Shown: piece by piece, positions 1 to 9,353 of the stretch | Numbering within the stretch: position 1 is the stretch's first letter | How the letters are laid out: each line of letters starts with the position of its first letter | Assembly (NCBI GenBank): GCA_040007715.1 | Contig: JBDTUN010000311.1 | Span: 1-58,632, forward strand | Direction: 5' to 3' | Origin: Acidobacteriota bacterium | GTDB taxonomy: Bacteria > Acidobacteriota > Blastocatellia > RBC074 | Length of the DNA stretch: 58,632 nucleotides | The notes under the pieces: model-generated | What the model was told of the DNA's origin: nothing | The model's input: the letters and a program-made list of their open reading frames with translations, nothing else | The model's database searches: none | Translations under genes and position numbers: made by a program

Positions 1-1404
1 CTCGTAATAAAGCATCGGCACATAACCGACGGCGTTGACGGCGTAATAACCTTTGCGAGTTTGCACCTCCAGATCGTTACGTTTGAGCTTGATCGCGATC
101 TCGCGGAATTTGCCGTCAAGGTTTTGATTGGCCGGCGCGTAAGTCAGCAGGTAATAGCTGTGCATATCTTCATCAACCTGCTTCAGCCTGGCGCCGACGT
201 TGTTGGTGTCGCCGATGAACGTGCCGCCGGTTTCGTGCGCAAGCTGCATCAAACCGCTCTGCGGATTCGATCTCAACAGGTCTTCGTTATGTTCAAGCTT
301 GGCCGTCATCGGGCCTGAAAGATCGGGGCGGCGCGAATCAGCATCCACTCGCCGCCGTCCCATGGCTTCAATCTCTTTGCGCGCTTCCTGATTTCCGCTG
401 ATGACGCGCAGTCCGGCGATGTCAATCGTGTAGACGCTGACGTTGACGCGATTGGCCTGACTGATGACTGAACGGAAATGCGCCAGCACGTTGGGCGGAA
501 TCGAAAGACCTTCCGAAAAGAAGATGACGGCTTTGCGGCCTGGCAGGCTGCGCATTGAATTGACCACAGCCAGCAAACTGTTCGACGTGGCGTAACCTTG
601 CTCATTGCGCTCCAGCACTTCAAAAGTTTCCAGCGTGCGCTGCGCCATTTCGGCAAATTTCTGATCAACCGAAGCCGCTCCAGACGCCGCACCCGCCGCT
701 GCCGCGCCTGCGCCACCGCTCGCTGCTGCTGATGCGGCGGAGTCGGCAATGCGTTGCGCGGCATCCGCGATGTCGCCTTGCGCACGCGCCATCTCGCCGT
801 TGGAACTGAAGCTGGCCGAAGAGCTAATGCCGGCCTTCTCGATTCCCTGCCTGACCAGCCTGTTATCCGTCGTGTAGTTCTGAAGAACATTCAGCGATAA
901 ATTGATATTGAAGACGCCGATGAAATCATCCGGGCGGGCGTTGTCGCCAACGTAGCTCATCGCCGCGTCGCGCGCGCGTTTGCGGGCATCGGCTGATAAA
1001 CGGTCAAAGACCAGCGCAATTGCGCTGACGCCCACATCGGTTTCACCGGTGGCCAGATTGGTTGGTTTGTTCGTTTCCGGCGCGCGCGGGGGCGAAGACT
1101 CCTTGTCAGCAACAACCGGCGAGACGCTGTTGGCCGTTTTGCGCGTGACCAGCCTGAACGATTCGATCTGTTGCCGCGCGCCGTCTTCGTAAACTTCAAA
1201 GTCGCTGGCGCTGAGGTCCTTGACCAATCGGCCCTTTTTATCCTTGACCACCGCGTCCAGAATCACTTCGGCGGTTTTGAGTGAAATCTTTTGATCTTGC
1301 TGTTCGCGGCCAGTAGCGGGTGATTGGGTTTGCCCCGACGCGCGGAACGGCAGCGGCAGCGACAATGAAAAGATAAACAGCGCACACAACAATCGCTTTT
1401 TCAT
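1..1404 (-). CDS. Secreted VWA (von Willebrand factor A) domain protein, acidobacterial VWFA type. The 3' end runs off the window.
   Basis: Absent from the ORF track because its stop lies outside the window. Manual minus-strand translation from the ATG at 1404 gives the signal peptide MKKRLLCALFIFSLSLPLPFRASGQ. It continues through ...DFEVYEDG...IALVFDRLS...AVIFFSEGLS...VSVYTIDIAGL...GGTFIGDTN...YYLLTYAPAN...GYVPMLYYE and stays open through base 1 (468 codons). I spot-checked several 60-nt blocks and found no stops. The 306..890 track ORF is an Arg-rich shadow frame of this gene. Confidence 0.75.
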   Translation of the reverse strand, partial: MKKRLLCALFIFSLSLPLPFRASGQTQSPATGREQQDQKISLKTAEVILDAVVKDKKGRLVKDLSASDFEVYEDGARQQIESFRLVTRKTANSVSPVVADKESSPPRAPETNKPTNLATGETDVGVSAIALVFDRLSADARKRARDAAMSYVGDNARPDDFIGVFNINLSLNVLQNYTTDNRLVRQGIEKAGISSSASFSSNGEMARAQGDIADAAQRIADSAASAAASGGAGAAAAGAASGAASVDQKFAEMAQRTLETFEVLERNEQGYATSNSLLAVVNSMRSLPGRKAVIFFSEGLSIPPNVLAHFRSVISQANRVNVSVYTIDIAGLRVISGNQEARKEIEAMGRRRVDADSRRPDLSGPMTAKLEHNEDLLRSNPQSGLMQLAHETGGTFIGDTNNVGARLKQVDEDMHSYYLLTYAPANQNLDGKFREIAIKLKRNDLEVQTRKGYYAVNAVGYVPMLYYE

Positions 1405-1647
1405 TTCGAATTCTCCGGAAGATAGGTTAATGACAGGTGAAGAAGGCAGGCTTACGATGCGCCCGCGCGCGGTAAAGGTAACACCAACGGGCGCGAAGCT
1501 GAAGCATCAGGGCAAGCGGGCGAAAGAAGAGCTAAGTTTTCTTGACAGGTTTTCGCCGCCTATGGTCTAGTGCAGCCCGTGCCGGTTTACCGGTATCCAA
1601 ACGCATCTACCAAAATCAAAATCAAACAGTTGAAATAAAGGTTCGTG

Positions 1648-1743
1648 ATGATTTCACGCCGCGAATTTTTGACCGCCGTCCCGCTGGCCAGCGGATCGTT
1701 TACGATCCCCGATAGGGCGGCTGAAGCCGCCGCTGCCGCCTGA
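1648..1743 (+). CDS. Possible 31-aa ORF with a twin-arginine-like motif (MISRREFLTAVPLASGSFTIPDRAAEAAAAA)
   Basis: ATG at 1648 and TGA at 1741-1743, 40 nt upstream of the TAT-signal oxidoreductase gene. It contains an SRREFL twin-arginine consensus. The SD is weak and the ORF is below the track size cutoff. Confidence 0.25.
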   Translation: MISRREFLTAVPLASGSFTIPDRAAEAAAAA

Positions 1744-1782
1744 AGGCGGTACTCTGAACGCCGTCCGCCGGAAGTTAGGGCT

Positions 1783-2982
1783 ATGAAGCGAAGAGATTTT
1801 CTAACAGGCATCACTGCAACAGCAATTACTGCTGCTTCATATTTGCGCATCGTTGGCGCAAATGACCGGCTGGGAATGGCGCTGGCAGGCAGCGGGCGGC
1901 GCGGGCGCGAGGTGATGAAGGCGTTTCTTTCAACCGGCAAAATCGAGCTTCGCTGCATCGCCGATGTTTACGACGTGCAGCGCGCGCGGGCGCGGGACTT
2001 TCTGGGTGTCAAGCCGCCGGATGCCGTCGCGATTGAAGACGCCTTGAACCGCAAGGACGTTGACGCCGTGCTGATTGGTTCGCCCGATCACCTGCATCTG
2101 ACGCACACGCTCACCGGCCTCAACGCGGGCAAGCACATCTATCTGGAAAAGCCGGCTTCGCACAACTTTGACGAAGGGGCGAAGTTCATCGAAGCCGTTC
2201 GCAAAAGCGGAAAGGTCTGTCAGACCGGCACGCAACAACGCAGCGGCGCGCATTACCGCCGCGCCAAAGAAGAGATATTTGCTCAGGGCAAATTGGGCAA
2301 AGTCGTTTTTGCCCGCGCTGTCTGGCACGACTTTCCGTGGCAGCGCCGCAAGATCGAACCGCAGCCGAAGCCTGCGGGCCTGGATTGGGAACGCTTTCTT
2401 GGCCCAGCGCCCAAAGTACCGTACGACTGGATTCGTTATGATTCGTGGCGTTACTTCCCGGATTACGGCGGGGGCTTGCTGGCGGACATTCTGACGCATT
2501 GGGCCGACGTGGCGCAGTGGATGATGAACGAATCGCGCCCGCTGAACGCAGTGGCTACTGGCGGCATTTACCAGATGAACGATGGCCGGGTGAATCCGGA
2601 CACAGTCAACGCCGTGTTGCAGTACGCGGGCGGCAATAACGGCAATTGGAATCTGACGTTTGAATCTTCGGTGCTGCCGATCCGCAATGAACGCCCGGGC
2701 GTCTTTTTTCAAGGCACGGAAGGCACGCTGGAAATCACACGGGCCGATTACGTCTTTACGCCAGCCAAAGGCGATGCGCAGGTGGTCAAAGCCGAAGGCA
2801 GTCTGGAGGTCGCGCACGCCAATGATTTTCTCGACGCGGTGAAGAACGGCAAACGTCCAAATGCGGATATTCAGATTGGCGTCGAAGCCTGCAATCCGGT
2901 GCATTTGGCGAAGGCTGCGTATTGGCAGAAGAAGCGGATGACGTTTGATGCCTCAGGCACGAAGATTGTCGAAGGGGTATAG
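1783..2982 (+). CDS. Gfo/Idh/MocA family oxidoreductase with a TAT signal peptide
   Basis: 399-aa ORF. The N-terminus MKRRDFLTGITATAITAASYL carries a twin-arginine motif. It has a Rossmann-type block (LGMALAGSGRRG) and the typical family block HIYLEKP. Confidence 0.9.
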   Translation: MKRRDFLTGITATAITAASYLRIVGANDRLGMALAGSGRRGREVMKAFLSTGKIELRCIADVYDVQRARARDFLGVKPPDAVAIEDALNRKDVDAVLIGSPDHLHLTHTLTGLNAGKHIYLEKPASHNFDEGAKFIEAVRKSGKVCQTGTQQRSGAHYRRAKEEIFAQGKLGKVVFARAVWHDFPWQRRKIEPQPKPAGLDWERFLGPAPKVPYDWIRYDSWRYFPDYGGGLLADILTHWADVAQWMMNESRPLNAVATGGIYQMNDGRVNPDTVNAVLQYAGGNNGNWNLTFESSVLPIRNERPGVFFQGTEGTLEITRADYVFTPAKGDAQVVKAEGSLEVAHANDFLDAVKNGKRPNADIQIGVEACNPVHLAKAAYWQKKRMTFDASGTKIVEGV

Positions 2983-2985
2983 CCG

Positions 2986-3495
2986 ATGATTACGATTCGA
3001 CCCGAAAAGCCGGAAGACATCGCCGTCATTCACCAGATCAACGCTCAGGCATTTGGCAGCCCGGCTGAAGCGAATCTGGTTGACGCGTTGCGGCGCAATG
3101 GCAAGGCGATTTTATCGCTGGTCGCCGAAGATAATGGCCGCATCGTCGGACACATTCTCTTCAGCAAAGTCGTGATAGAGACAGGGACGCAACAAGTCCC
3201 CGGCATTGGTCTGGCGCCGTTGGCCGTTTCGCCGGAAAGGCAGAATGAAGGCATTGGTTCTTTGCTGGTCGAACATGGTTTGAAGATGTGCCGGGACGCC
3301 GGGCATCCGTTTGTCGTAGTGCTTGGGCATCCTGAATATTACCCGCGCTTCGGGTTTGTCCCTGCCAGCCGGTTTGGCGTCAAAAGCGAATTCGACGTGC
3401 GCGACGAAGTTTTCATGGTGACTGAATTACAACAAGGCTCGCTGCTGGGAGTGACTGGTATGGCCAAATATAACGATGAATTCAAGGCATTCTGA
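2986..3495 (+). CDS. GNAT family N-acetyltransferase (YhbS-like)
   Basis: 169 aa. It has an acetyl-CoA binding-like block (QNEGIGSLLVEHGL), and the size and organisation are typical of a GNAT. It starts 3 nt after the upstream stop. Confidence 0.85.
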   Translation: MITIRPEKPEDIAVIHQINAQAFGSPAEANLVDALRRNGKAILSLVAEDNGRIVGHILFSKVVIETGTQQVPGIGLAPLAVSPERQNEGIGSLLVEHGLKMCRDAGHPFVVVLGHPEYYPRFGFVPASRFGVKSEFDVRDEVFMVTELQQGSLLGVTGMAKYNDEFKAF

Positions 3496-3602
3496 ATAAG
3501 GCCGGCCAGTCGAACGGATTCACTCAAACAATCGCATGAAGTTGAGGAATTCCCCTCTCTCGTTCATCAACGTTTCAACCAAAACTGCTAAGGAGGATCC
3601 TA

Positions 3603-6600
3603 ATGATTCGAAAAGCTGCAGCGATACTTTCTCTGGCGTTGTTGGCGCTGCTGTTGCACACGGATGCGTTCGGGCAGGCGGTATACGGCAACATCGTCGG
3701 AACCGTGACTGACCCGTCTGGCGCTGCCGTGCCGAATGCGAAGGTGACGATTACCGACACCGATCGCGGAGTCAGCGTTAATACCACCACCAATGAATCA
3801 GGCAATTTCACGCAACGGTTTCTGATCGTCGGGCGCTATCAGGTGCGCGTCGAAGTGCAGGGTTTCAAGTCCGCCGTGCAGGAAGTGAGCGTTTCGGTTG
3901 ACCAGGAAGTCAGCCTGACCGTCAACCTGCAAACCGGCGCGGTGACCGAAGAGGTGACGATCACTTCGGAAGCGCCGCTGTTGAAAACCGAACGCGCCGA
4001 TGTGGCGGTTACTTTCAGTGAGAAAACCGTCAACAATCTGCCGATTCTGAATCGGCGCTTCACGGCGCTGGAAGTCTTCACGCCGGGCGTGACAGCCTTT
4101 CCGGGCCAGACCGCTGCGTCAGAAGACCCGCAAGGGTCTTACCGCAAGGTCGTCAACGGCCAGAGTTTCGCGGGCACGTCGCACCTGCTGGATGGCACGG
4201 ATAATCACGATTCGATGCTCGGACTGATTGTTATCAATCCGACGCTGGAATCGGTGACCGAGGCGAAGATCACGACTTCGGCTTACGACGCGGAGTTTGG
4301 CGCAAACGCCGGCGTCGTCAGCGCGCAAACGCGCTCCGGCACGAACAGTTTTCACGGCGTCGGATTCGAGTTCCTGCGCAACGATCACCTTAATGCGCGC
4401 AACCCGTTCACTCAGTTTCAGAAGATTCGCGGAACGGATCGCTTCATTCCCATCACGCAGATCAATCAATTCGGCGGCGCATTCAGCGGGAAAATCATTG
4501 AAAACAAGCTGTTCTGGTTCGGCGATTACCAGGGGACGCGCCGCAACATCGGCGGCTCAGTGCTGATGCGCGTGCCGACGGCGCTGGAACGCACGGGTGA
4601 TTTTTCGGCGACCGGCGTCAATATCTTCGACCCGGCGGGAAGCACTGCTCCGGCTGGCCGCACCCAGTTTGCCGGAAATAAGATTCCAACGAACCGGTTG
4701 TCGGCCCCGGCAGTTGCGCTGCTCAATCAATACATTCCATTGCCGAACTTTACGGCGGCTTCGCCTGACTTGCCCAACTACGTTGGCTCAGGGTCGGTCA
4801 AATTCAACGAAGACTTGACCAACACTCGGTGGGATTATTACGTCAACGAGAAAATGCACACCTTCGGGCGTTACAGCTTCGCCGACTACCGGCTGATTTC
4901 GCCGGGCGTTTTTGGCAGCACCGGCGGCGGTGTGGGCTTCGATCCGAACTCGACATTTTCCGGCGAATCGAAAACCCGCAATCAGAGCGTGGCGGCAGGT
5001 TTTGACTACTCTGTGAGTCCATCCTGGCTGACCGATTTCCGTTTCGGATTCTACCGTTATCGTGTCAACGTTGATCCAGGCGCGGCGACCACCACGCCAG
5101 CGAAAGATTTGGGCATTCCGGGCCTGAATAACGACGACTTCACGGGTGGCATGCCCGCATTCTTTATCAACGGCGTGGGAGCTTTGAATTTCGGCTACGC
5201 GCTCGGCGTTTCGGCCTGCAACTGTCCGCTGCGCGAAAACGAGCGGCAGATTCAGTTCGTCAACAACTGGACGAATCTGCGTGGCAACCACACCATCAAA
5301 TTCGGCGCGGATGTTCGCCGCGCTTACAACCTGCGCATCCCCAGCGACCGCCATCGCGCGGGTGAACTGAACTTTGACGCGGCGCGCACCGCTGGGCCAT
5401 CCGGCGGCGGCACGGGATTGGCCAGCTTCCTGCTCGGCGATGTCAGCCGTTTCGAACGCTACGTCAGCACGATCACCGATGCTGAAGAGAGACAGAACCG
5501 CCTGTTCTTCTACGGCCAGGACACGTGGAAAGTGTCGAAGAAGCTGACGATCAATTTTGGTATGCGCTGGGAGCTTTATCGTCCGCAGACTGTCACAGGC
5601 GCGGGCAAAGGCGGCTTCGTTGACATCAACACCGGCGAAGTTCTGATCGCGGGCAGTCAGGGCGTCGGCCTTGACCTGAATCAGAAAGGCACACTCACGA
5701 CGGTTGCGCCGCGCCTGGGCATTGCCTATCGCGTGACCGACAAAACGGTCGTGCGGCTGGGTTACGGACGAGGATTCGACATCGGCGTTTTCGGCTCGGT
5801 CTTCGGCCACAACGTGACGCAGAACCTGCCTGTGCTTGGCATTCAGTCGGTGCAACCGGCGCAGAATTATCTGTCGGTCTTCACGTTGTCGCAGGGGCCG
5901 ACGCCGCTTGATCCGGCGACGATTCTGAACAATCAGCCGAAAGGCCCGAATGGCCGCCCGATCCTGCCCAACGGCGTGACGGCGTTCATCCTGCCTGAAA
6001 CGCTGCGGCTGCCGACCAGCGACCAGTGGAACCTGACGGTGCAGCATCAACTGCCGCACGACATTTCGGTCGAAGCCGCTTATGTCGGCACGAAAGGCAC
6101 GCACGTCTTTGCCGGAAACGGCGGAGACTATGACTTTAACCAGGCGACGATCCAAGGTTACTTCGGCGCGAACGGCCAACAAACCTCGACCAACTCCCGC
6201 AAGCCGTTCTTCAACAAATTCGGCTGGTCGCAGAACTTCCGTTATTACGGTTCGGACGCCAGTAACAATTACCACGGAATGCAGCTCAAGGCCGAAAAGC
6301 GCTTTTCAAAAGGCTTTTCGATGTTGACCCACTACACGTGGTCGCGTTCGTTCAACTACATCAACACCTATTACAACATTGACGCGAAGCTGGCCTACGG
6401 GCCGAACGACAACACGCGCAGTCACGTTTACCTGCTCGCCGGAGTCTTTGAACTGCCGTTCGGCAAGGGCAAGAAGTTCGGTGGCGATGCGCCCAAGGTG
6501 GTGGATGCCGTGCTTGGCGGATGGCAGTTGAACACCGTCTGGCAGTTGCAGAGCGGTTTGCCGTTTACGCCTACCTACCGTGATTGCAACGCTGACCGCG

Positions 6601-7007
6601 ATACCGGCTGGTGCCGTCCCGACCTGGTGGGCGATTGGAAGCTGGACAATCCGACTCGCGATGCGTGGTTCAAGACCACGTCCGTGCCGCTGACGGCGAA
6701 CGGCCAGACGGATGGTCCGTGGCGTCGCCCGGCGCGTGGCACGTTCGGAAGCGTGGGGCGCAACCGGCTGCTCGGCCCCGGTCTATCGCAATGGGATTTG
6801 TCGCTCTTCAAGAACTTCAACATCACCGAACGCTTCAAAGCGCAATTCCGCGCCGAATCGTTCAACTTCGCAAACCACATGAACCTTAGAAATCCAGCCG
6901 GGAACGGCGCTTGTGTTGATTGCCCCGGCTCCGCCGGCAAGATCACGGCGCTCTACCAACTGTCGAATCCGCGCCAATGGCAGTTCGGATTGCGGCTGGA
7001 GTTTTAA
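3603..7007 (+). CDS. TonB-dependent receptor, Oar-like, with an N-terminal carboxypeptidase-regulatory-like domain
   Basis: 1134 aa. A strong SD (AAGGAGGA) precedes the ATG. It has a signal peptide, then GNIVGTVTDPSGAAVPNAKVTITD...GRYQVRVEVQGFK (CarboxypepD_reg fold), a plug and barrel, and a C-terminal aromatic end ...FGLRLEF. Confidence 0.9.
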   Translation: MIRKAAAILSLALLALLLHTDAFGQAVYGNIVGTVTDPSGAAVPNAKVTITDTDRGVSVNTTTNESGNFTQRFLIVGRYQVRVEVQGFKSAVQEVSVSVDQEVSLTVNLQTGAVTEEVTITSEAPLLKTERADVAVTFSEKTVNNLPILNRRFTALEVFTPGVTAFPGQTAASEDPQGSYRKVVNGQSFAGTSHLLDGTDNHDSMLGLIVINPTLESVTEAKITTSAYDAEFGANAGVVSAQTRSGTNSFHGVGFEFLRNDHLNARNPFTQFQKIRGTDRFIPITQINQFGGAFSGKIIENKLFWFGDYQGTRRNIGGSVLMRVPTALERTGDFSATGVNIFDPAGSTAPAGRTQFAGNKIPTNRLSAPAVALLNQYIPLPNFTAASPDLPNYVGSGSVKFNEDLTNTRWDYYVNEKMHTFGRYSFADYRLISPGVFGSTGGGVGFDPNSTFSGESKTRNQSVAAGFDYSVSPSWLTDFRFGFYRYRVNVDPGAATTTPAKDLGIPGLNNDDFTGGMPAFFINGVGALNFGYALGVSACNCPLRENERQIQFVNNWTNLRGNHTIKFGADVRRAYNLRIPSDRHRAGELNFDAARTAGPSGGGTGLASFLLGDVSRFERYVSTITDAEERQNRLFFYGQDTWKVSKKLTINFGMRWELYRPQTVTGAGKGGFVDINTGEVLIAGSQGVGLDLNQKGTLTTVAPRLGIAYRVTDKTVVRLGYGRGFDIGVFGSVFGHNVTQNLPVLGIQSVQPAQNYLSVFTLSQGPTPLDPATILNNQPKGPNGRPILPNGVTAFILPETLRLPTSDQWNLTVQHQLPHDISVEAAYVGTKGTHVFAGNGGDYDFNQATIQGYFGANGQQTSTNSRKPFFNKFGWSQNFRYYGSDASNNYHGMQLKAEKRFSKGFSMLTHYTWSRSFNYINTYYNIDAKLAYGPNDNTRSHVYLLAGVFELPFGKGKKFGGDAPKVVDAVLGGWQLNTVWQLQSGLPFTPTYRDCNADRDTGWCRPDLVGDWKLDNPTRDAWFKTTSVPLTANGQTDGPWRRPARGTFGSVGRNRLLGPGLSQWDLSLFKNFNITERFKAQFRAESFNFANHMNLRNPAGNGACVDCPGSAGKITALYQLSNPRQWQFGLRLEF

Positions 7008-7011
7008 CCAT

Positions 7012-7090
7012 CTGCCCACGAAGCCACACCAAGGAACACGAAGAGGAATTGTTCTACCTCGTGAACCTTATGTGTGATTTCGTGGGCAAA
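7012..7090. terminator. Compound hairpin / REP-like element downstream of the TonB receptor
   Basis: The outer 9-bp stem is GCCCACGAA (7014-7022) paired with TTCGTGGGC (7079-7087), followed by AAATTTT. Inner partial complementarity occurs around CACGAAGAGG...CCTCGTG. Confidence 0.4.
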
Positions 7091-7108
7091 TTTTCCTGGA
7101 TGTAAGCG

Positions 7109-7942
7109 ATGAGCACGACCGCAAAACTTGCAGTTCAGCCGGCAGCTATTGCTGATCCGGTCAACAAAAGTGATTCCGTCAAACCCGGCACGCTCTTTCA
7201 GGCATTGAGCGACACTTCGCCAAGTATCGGCTATCAACCTCGCTTCACGCCGGAATCGGCCAAGCTGGAATGGCTGAGCTGCGGCGAATACACCATCGAA
7301 CCGGGGGCGAAGTCCGAAACCCTGAGCCAGCCAACGGATGAAAGCTTGCTTTTTATGTGGAAGGGAAGTGTTGAAGTTGAAATCGGCGGCAGGCAATACA
7401 GCCTTGCGCCGTATGACACGCTCTACATTCCGCGCGGCGCGCAATTCCAAATCTCGAATCTGAAACCGGAGATTGCAAAAGTCATTCAGTGTTCGGCGAC
7501 GGCTGCCAATGTTCATCCCGTCCATCATTCAAGCTTCGCCGAATATTCAAAACGCGAAGACCGCATTCGCCATTTGAGCGGCAAAGATGTCTTTATGATG
7601 TTTGACGTGCCCGAAGCGGCAGACAAGCTGATCGCTGGTTATACTTTCTTCCAGCCCTACCAGCGTTCGTGGCCGCCGCACAATCACACCGATCAGGAAG
7701 AGACCTACATCTTCATCAAGGGCCACGGCGCAATGGAAGTTTATGAATCGCCGGAAAAGATGTGCTTTGTCACTTCGGTCAACGAAGGCGACCTGGTGAC
7801 GATTCCGATGATGAATTACCACCCGGTCTTTTCGCAGGAATCGCCGCTGGAATTCATCTGGTGCATCGCCGGCGCGCGGTACTGGGTGGGCGACAAGAAC
7901 AAGGATTTTATGCAGGGTAAAGGCGATTCTATTACCACATAA
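7109..7942 (+). CDS. KduI/IolB family bicupin (5-deoxy-glucuronate isomerase-like)
   Basis: 277 aa. The block WPPHNHTDQEETYIF...VTIPMMNYHPV resembles the IolB block YPPHKHDQ..EETYYH...VIVPAGYHPV, which I recalled from memory. The two-cupin length fits. Confidence 0.55.
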   Translation: MSTTAKLAVQPAAIADPVNKSDSVKPGTLFQALSDTSPSIGYQPRFTPESAKLEWLSCGEYTIEPGAKSETLSQPTDESLLFMWKGSVEVEIGGRQYSLAPYDTLYIPRGAQFQISNLKPEIAKVIQCSATAANVHPVHHSSFAEYSKREDRIRHLSGKDVFMMFDVPEAADKLIAGYTFFQPYQRSWPPHNHTDQEETYIFIKGHGAMEVYESPEKMCFVTSVNEGDLVTIPMMNYHPVFSQESPLEFIWCIAGARYWVGDKNKDFMQGKGDSITT

Positions 7943-7963
7943 GTATGGCGCCGTGGAGGAAGT

Positions 7964-8131
7964 ATGTCGGTCGAACGATTGAATGAAATCAAACGGCAAA
8001 TCGGGGAACTGACTCTGGAGGAGAAGCAAGACTTGCTTGCTTTTCTGATCGGGCAAATAGACAAGGAAAAAGACGCTCTCGCGGGAAAGCGCGATCTGTC
8101 GGATGAACAGCAAGAAGAGCCTGGTACTTAA
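7964..8131 (+). CDS. Small hypothetical protein (55 aa, acidic coiled-coil-like)
   Basis: ATG at 7964 is preceded by GGAGGA (7955-7960), and TAA lies at 8129-8131. The product is MSVERLNEIKRQIGELTLEEKQDLLAFLIGQIDKEKDALAGKRDLSDEQQEEPGT. It is below the track size cutoff. Confidence 0.3.
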   Translation: MSVERLNEIKRQIGELTLEEKQDLLAFLIGQIDKEKDALAGKRDLSDEQQEEPGT

Positions 8132-8171
8132 CGAATGGTCTATCTCCGATGAATGAAAAGGAATTGTTTGA

Positions 8172-9347
8172 ATGTATGTTACTTACCTCGAATGTTCTAA
8201 AACTGGCAAAACCTACGAACCCAACAAACTCTACAACCTTTCGGAAGCGGGCAAACCATTGCTGGTCCGCTACGACCTGAAACGCGCGGCTGAAACTCTG
8301 ACCAAAGAGAGTCTGAAAGATCGTCCGTCCACGCTCTGGCGTTATCGCGAAGTTCTGCCGGTCGTGAATGACGAAAATATTGTCACGCTCGGCGAAGGCT
8401 GGGTGCCGCTGCCGCACGCGAAACGCTTGGGCGCGCTGCTGGGCATGCCGGAACTGTATATCAAAGACGAATCGCTGAATCCGACCGGCGCATTCAAAGC
8501 GCGTGGCCTGTGTCTGGCAATCTCGATGGCGAAAGAGTTGGGCGTCAGGAAAGTGGCGATTCCCACGGCAGGCAATGCTGGTGGCGCGATGGCGGCGTAT
8601 GCGGCGAAAGCCGGGCTTGAAGCTTACGTCTTTATGCCGCGCGATACGCCGATGGCGAATCAAATCGAATGCCAGCAATACGGCGCGCACGTGACGCTGA
8701 TTGATGGGCTGATTACGGATTGCGGCGCGGAAGTGGCCAAACGCAAAGACGCCGAGGGTTGGTTCGATGTCTCAACCTTGAAAGAGCCGTACCGCATCGA
8801 GGGCAAAAAGACTATGGGCTACGAACTGGCCGAACAGTTCGGCTGGGAATTGCCGGACGTGATTCTGTACCCGACGGGCGGCGGCACGGGCCTGATCGGC
8901 ATGTGGAAGGCGTTTGACGAAATGGAGGAGATGGGCTGGATCGGCTCGAAGCGCCCGCGAATGTTTACTGTTCAAGCGGCAGGCTGCGCGCCGATTGTTC
9001 GCGCCTTTGAAAACGGCTGGGACGAAGCGCCGGAGTTCGAGAACGCGCACACGGTGGCTTCGGGCTTGCGGGTGCCGCGCGCCATCGGCGATTTCATTAT
9101 GCTGGACATTTTGCGAAAGAGCGGCGGCGGCGCAGTCGCCGTCACCGACGAAGAGATGATCGCCGACACGCGGGTGATCGGTTCGACCGAAGGCATTTTC
9201 TGTGCGCCGGAAGGTTCGGCTTGTTTGTCGGCGCTGAAAAAGATGTTGGCTGATGGCCGCGCCAACGCCAGCGAGCGAGTTGTAATCTTCAATACGGGCG
9301 CAGGCGGCAAATATCTGGAAGCTTTCGGCCTGAAGGAAGCGCGATAA
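8172..9347 (+). CDS. Threonine synthase family PLP-dependent enzyme
   Basis: 391 aa. The PLP-lysine block is [12 protein letters not shown], and a glycine loop ([10 protein letters not shown]) is typical of fold-type II threonine synthases. The context is not a thr operon, so I do not assign thrC. Confidence 0.75.
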   Translation: MYVTYLECSKTGKTYEPNKLYNLSEAGKPLLVRYDLKRAAETLTKESLKDRPSTLWRYREVLPVVNDENIVTLGEGWVPLPHAKRLGALLGMPELYIKDESLNPTGAFKARGLCLAISMAKELGVRKVAIPTAGNAGGAMAAYAAKAGLEAYVFMPRDTPMANQIECQQYGAHVTLIDGLITDCGAEVAKRKDAEGWFDVSTLKEPYRIEGKKTMGYELAEQFGWELPDVILYPTGGGTGLIGMWKAFDEMEEMGWIGSKRPRMFTVQAAGCAPIVRAFENGWDEAPEFENAHTVASGLRVPRAIGDFIMLDILRKSGGGAVAVTDEEMIADTRVIGSTEGIFCAPEGSACLSALKKMLADGRANASERVVIFNTGAGGKYLEAFGLKEAR

Positions 9348-9353
9348 AACGAA

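Noticed and set aside
306-890. A 194-aa minus-strand ORF offered by the track at the left edge
   Set aside because: It is in a different frame from the long open frame (1404 down to 1), which encodes a signal peptide and VWA-type blocks. The 194-aa translation is Arg-rich nonsense.
4788-6275. A 495-aa minus-strand ORF inside the TonB-dependent receptor gene
   Set aside because: It lies entirely antisense to a gene with strong family features. Its translation is Arg/Ala/Val-rich with no recognisable domain. This is typical of shadow ORFs in GC-rich DNA.
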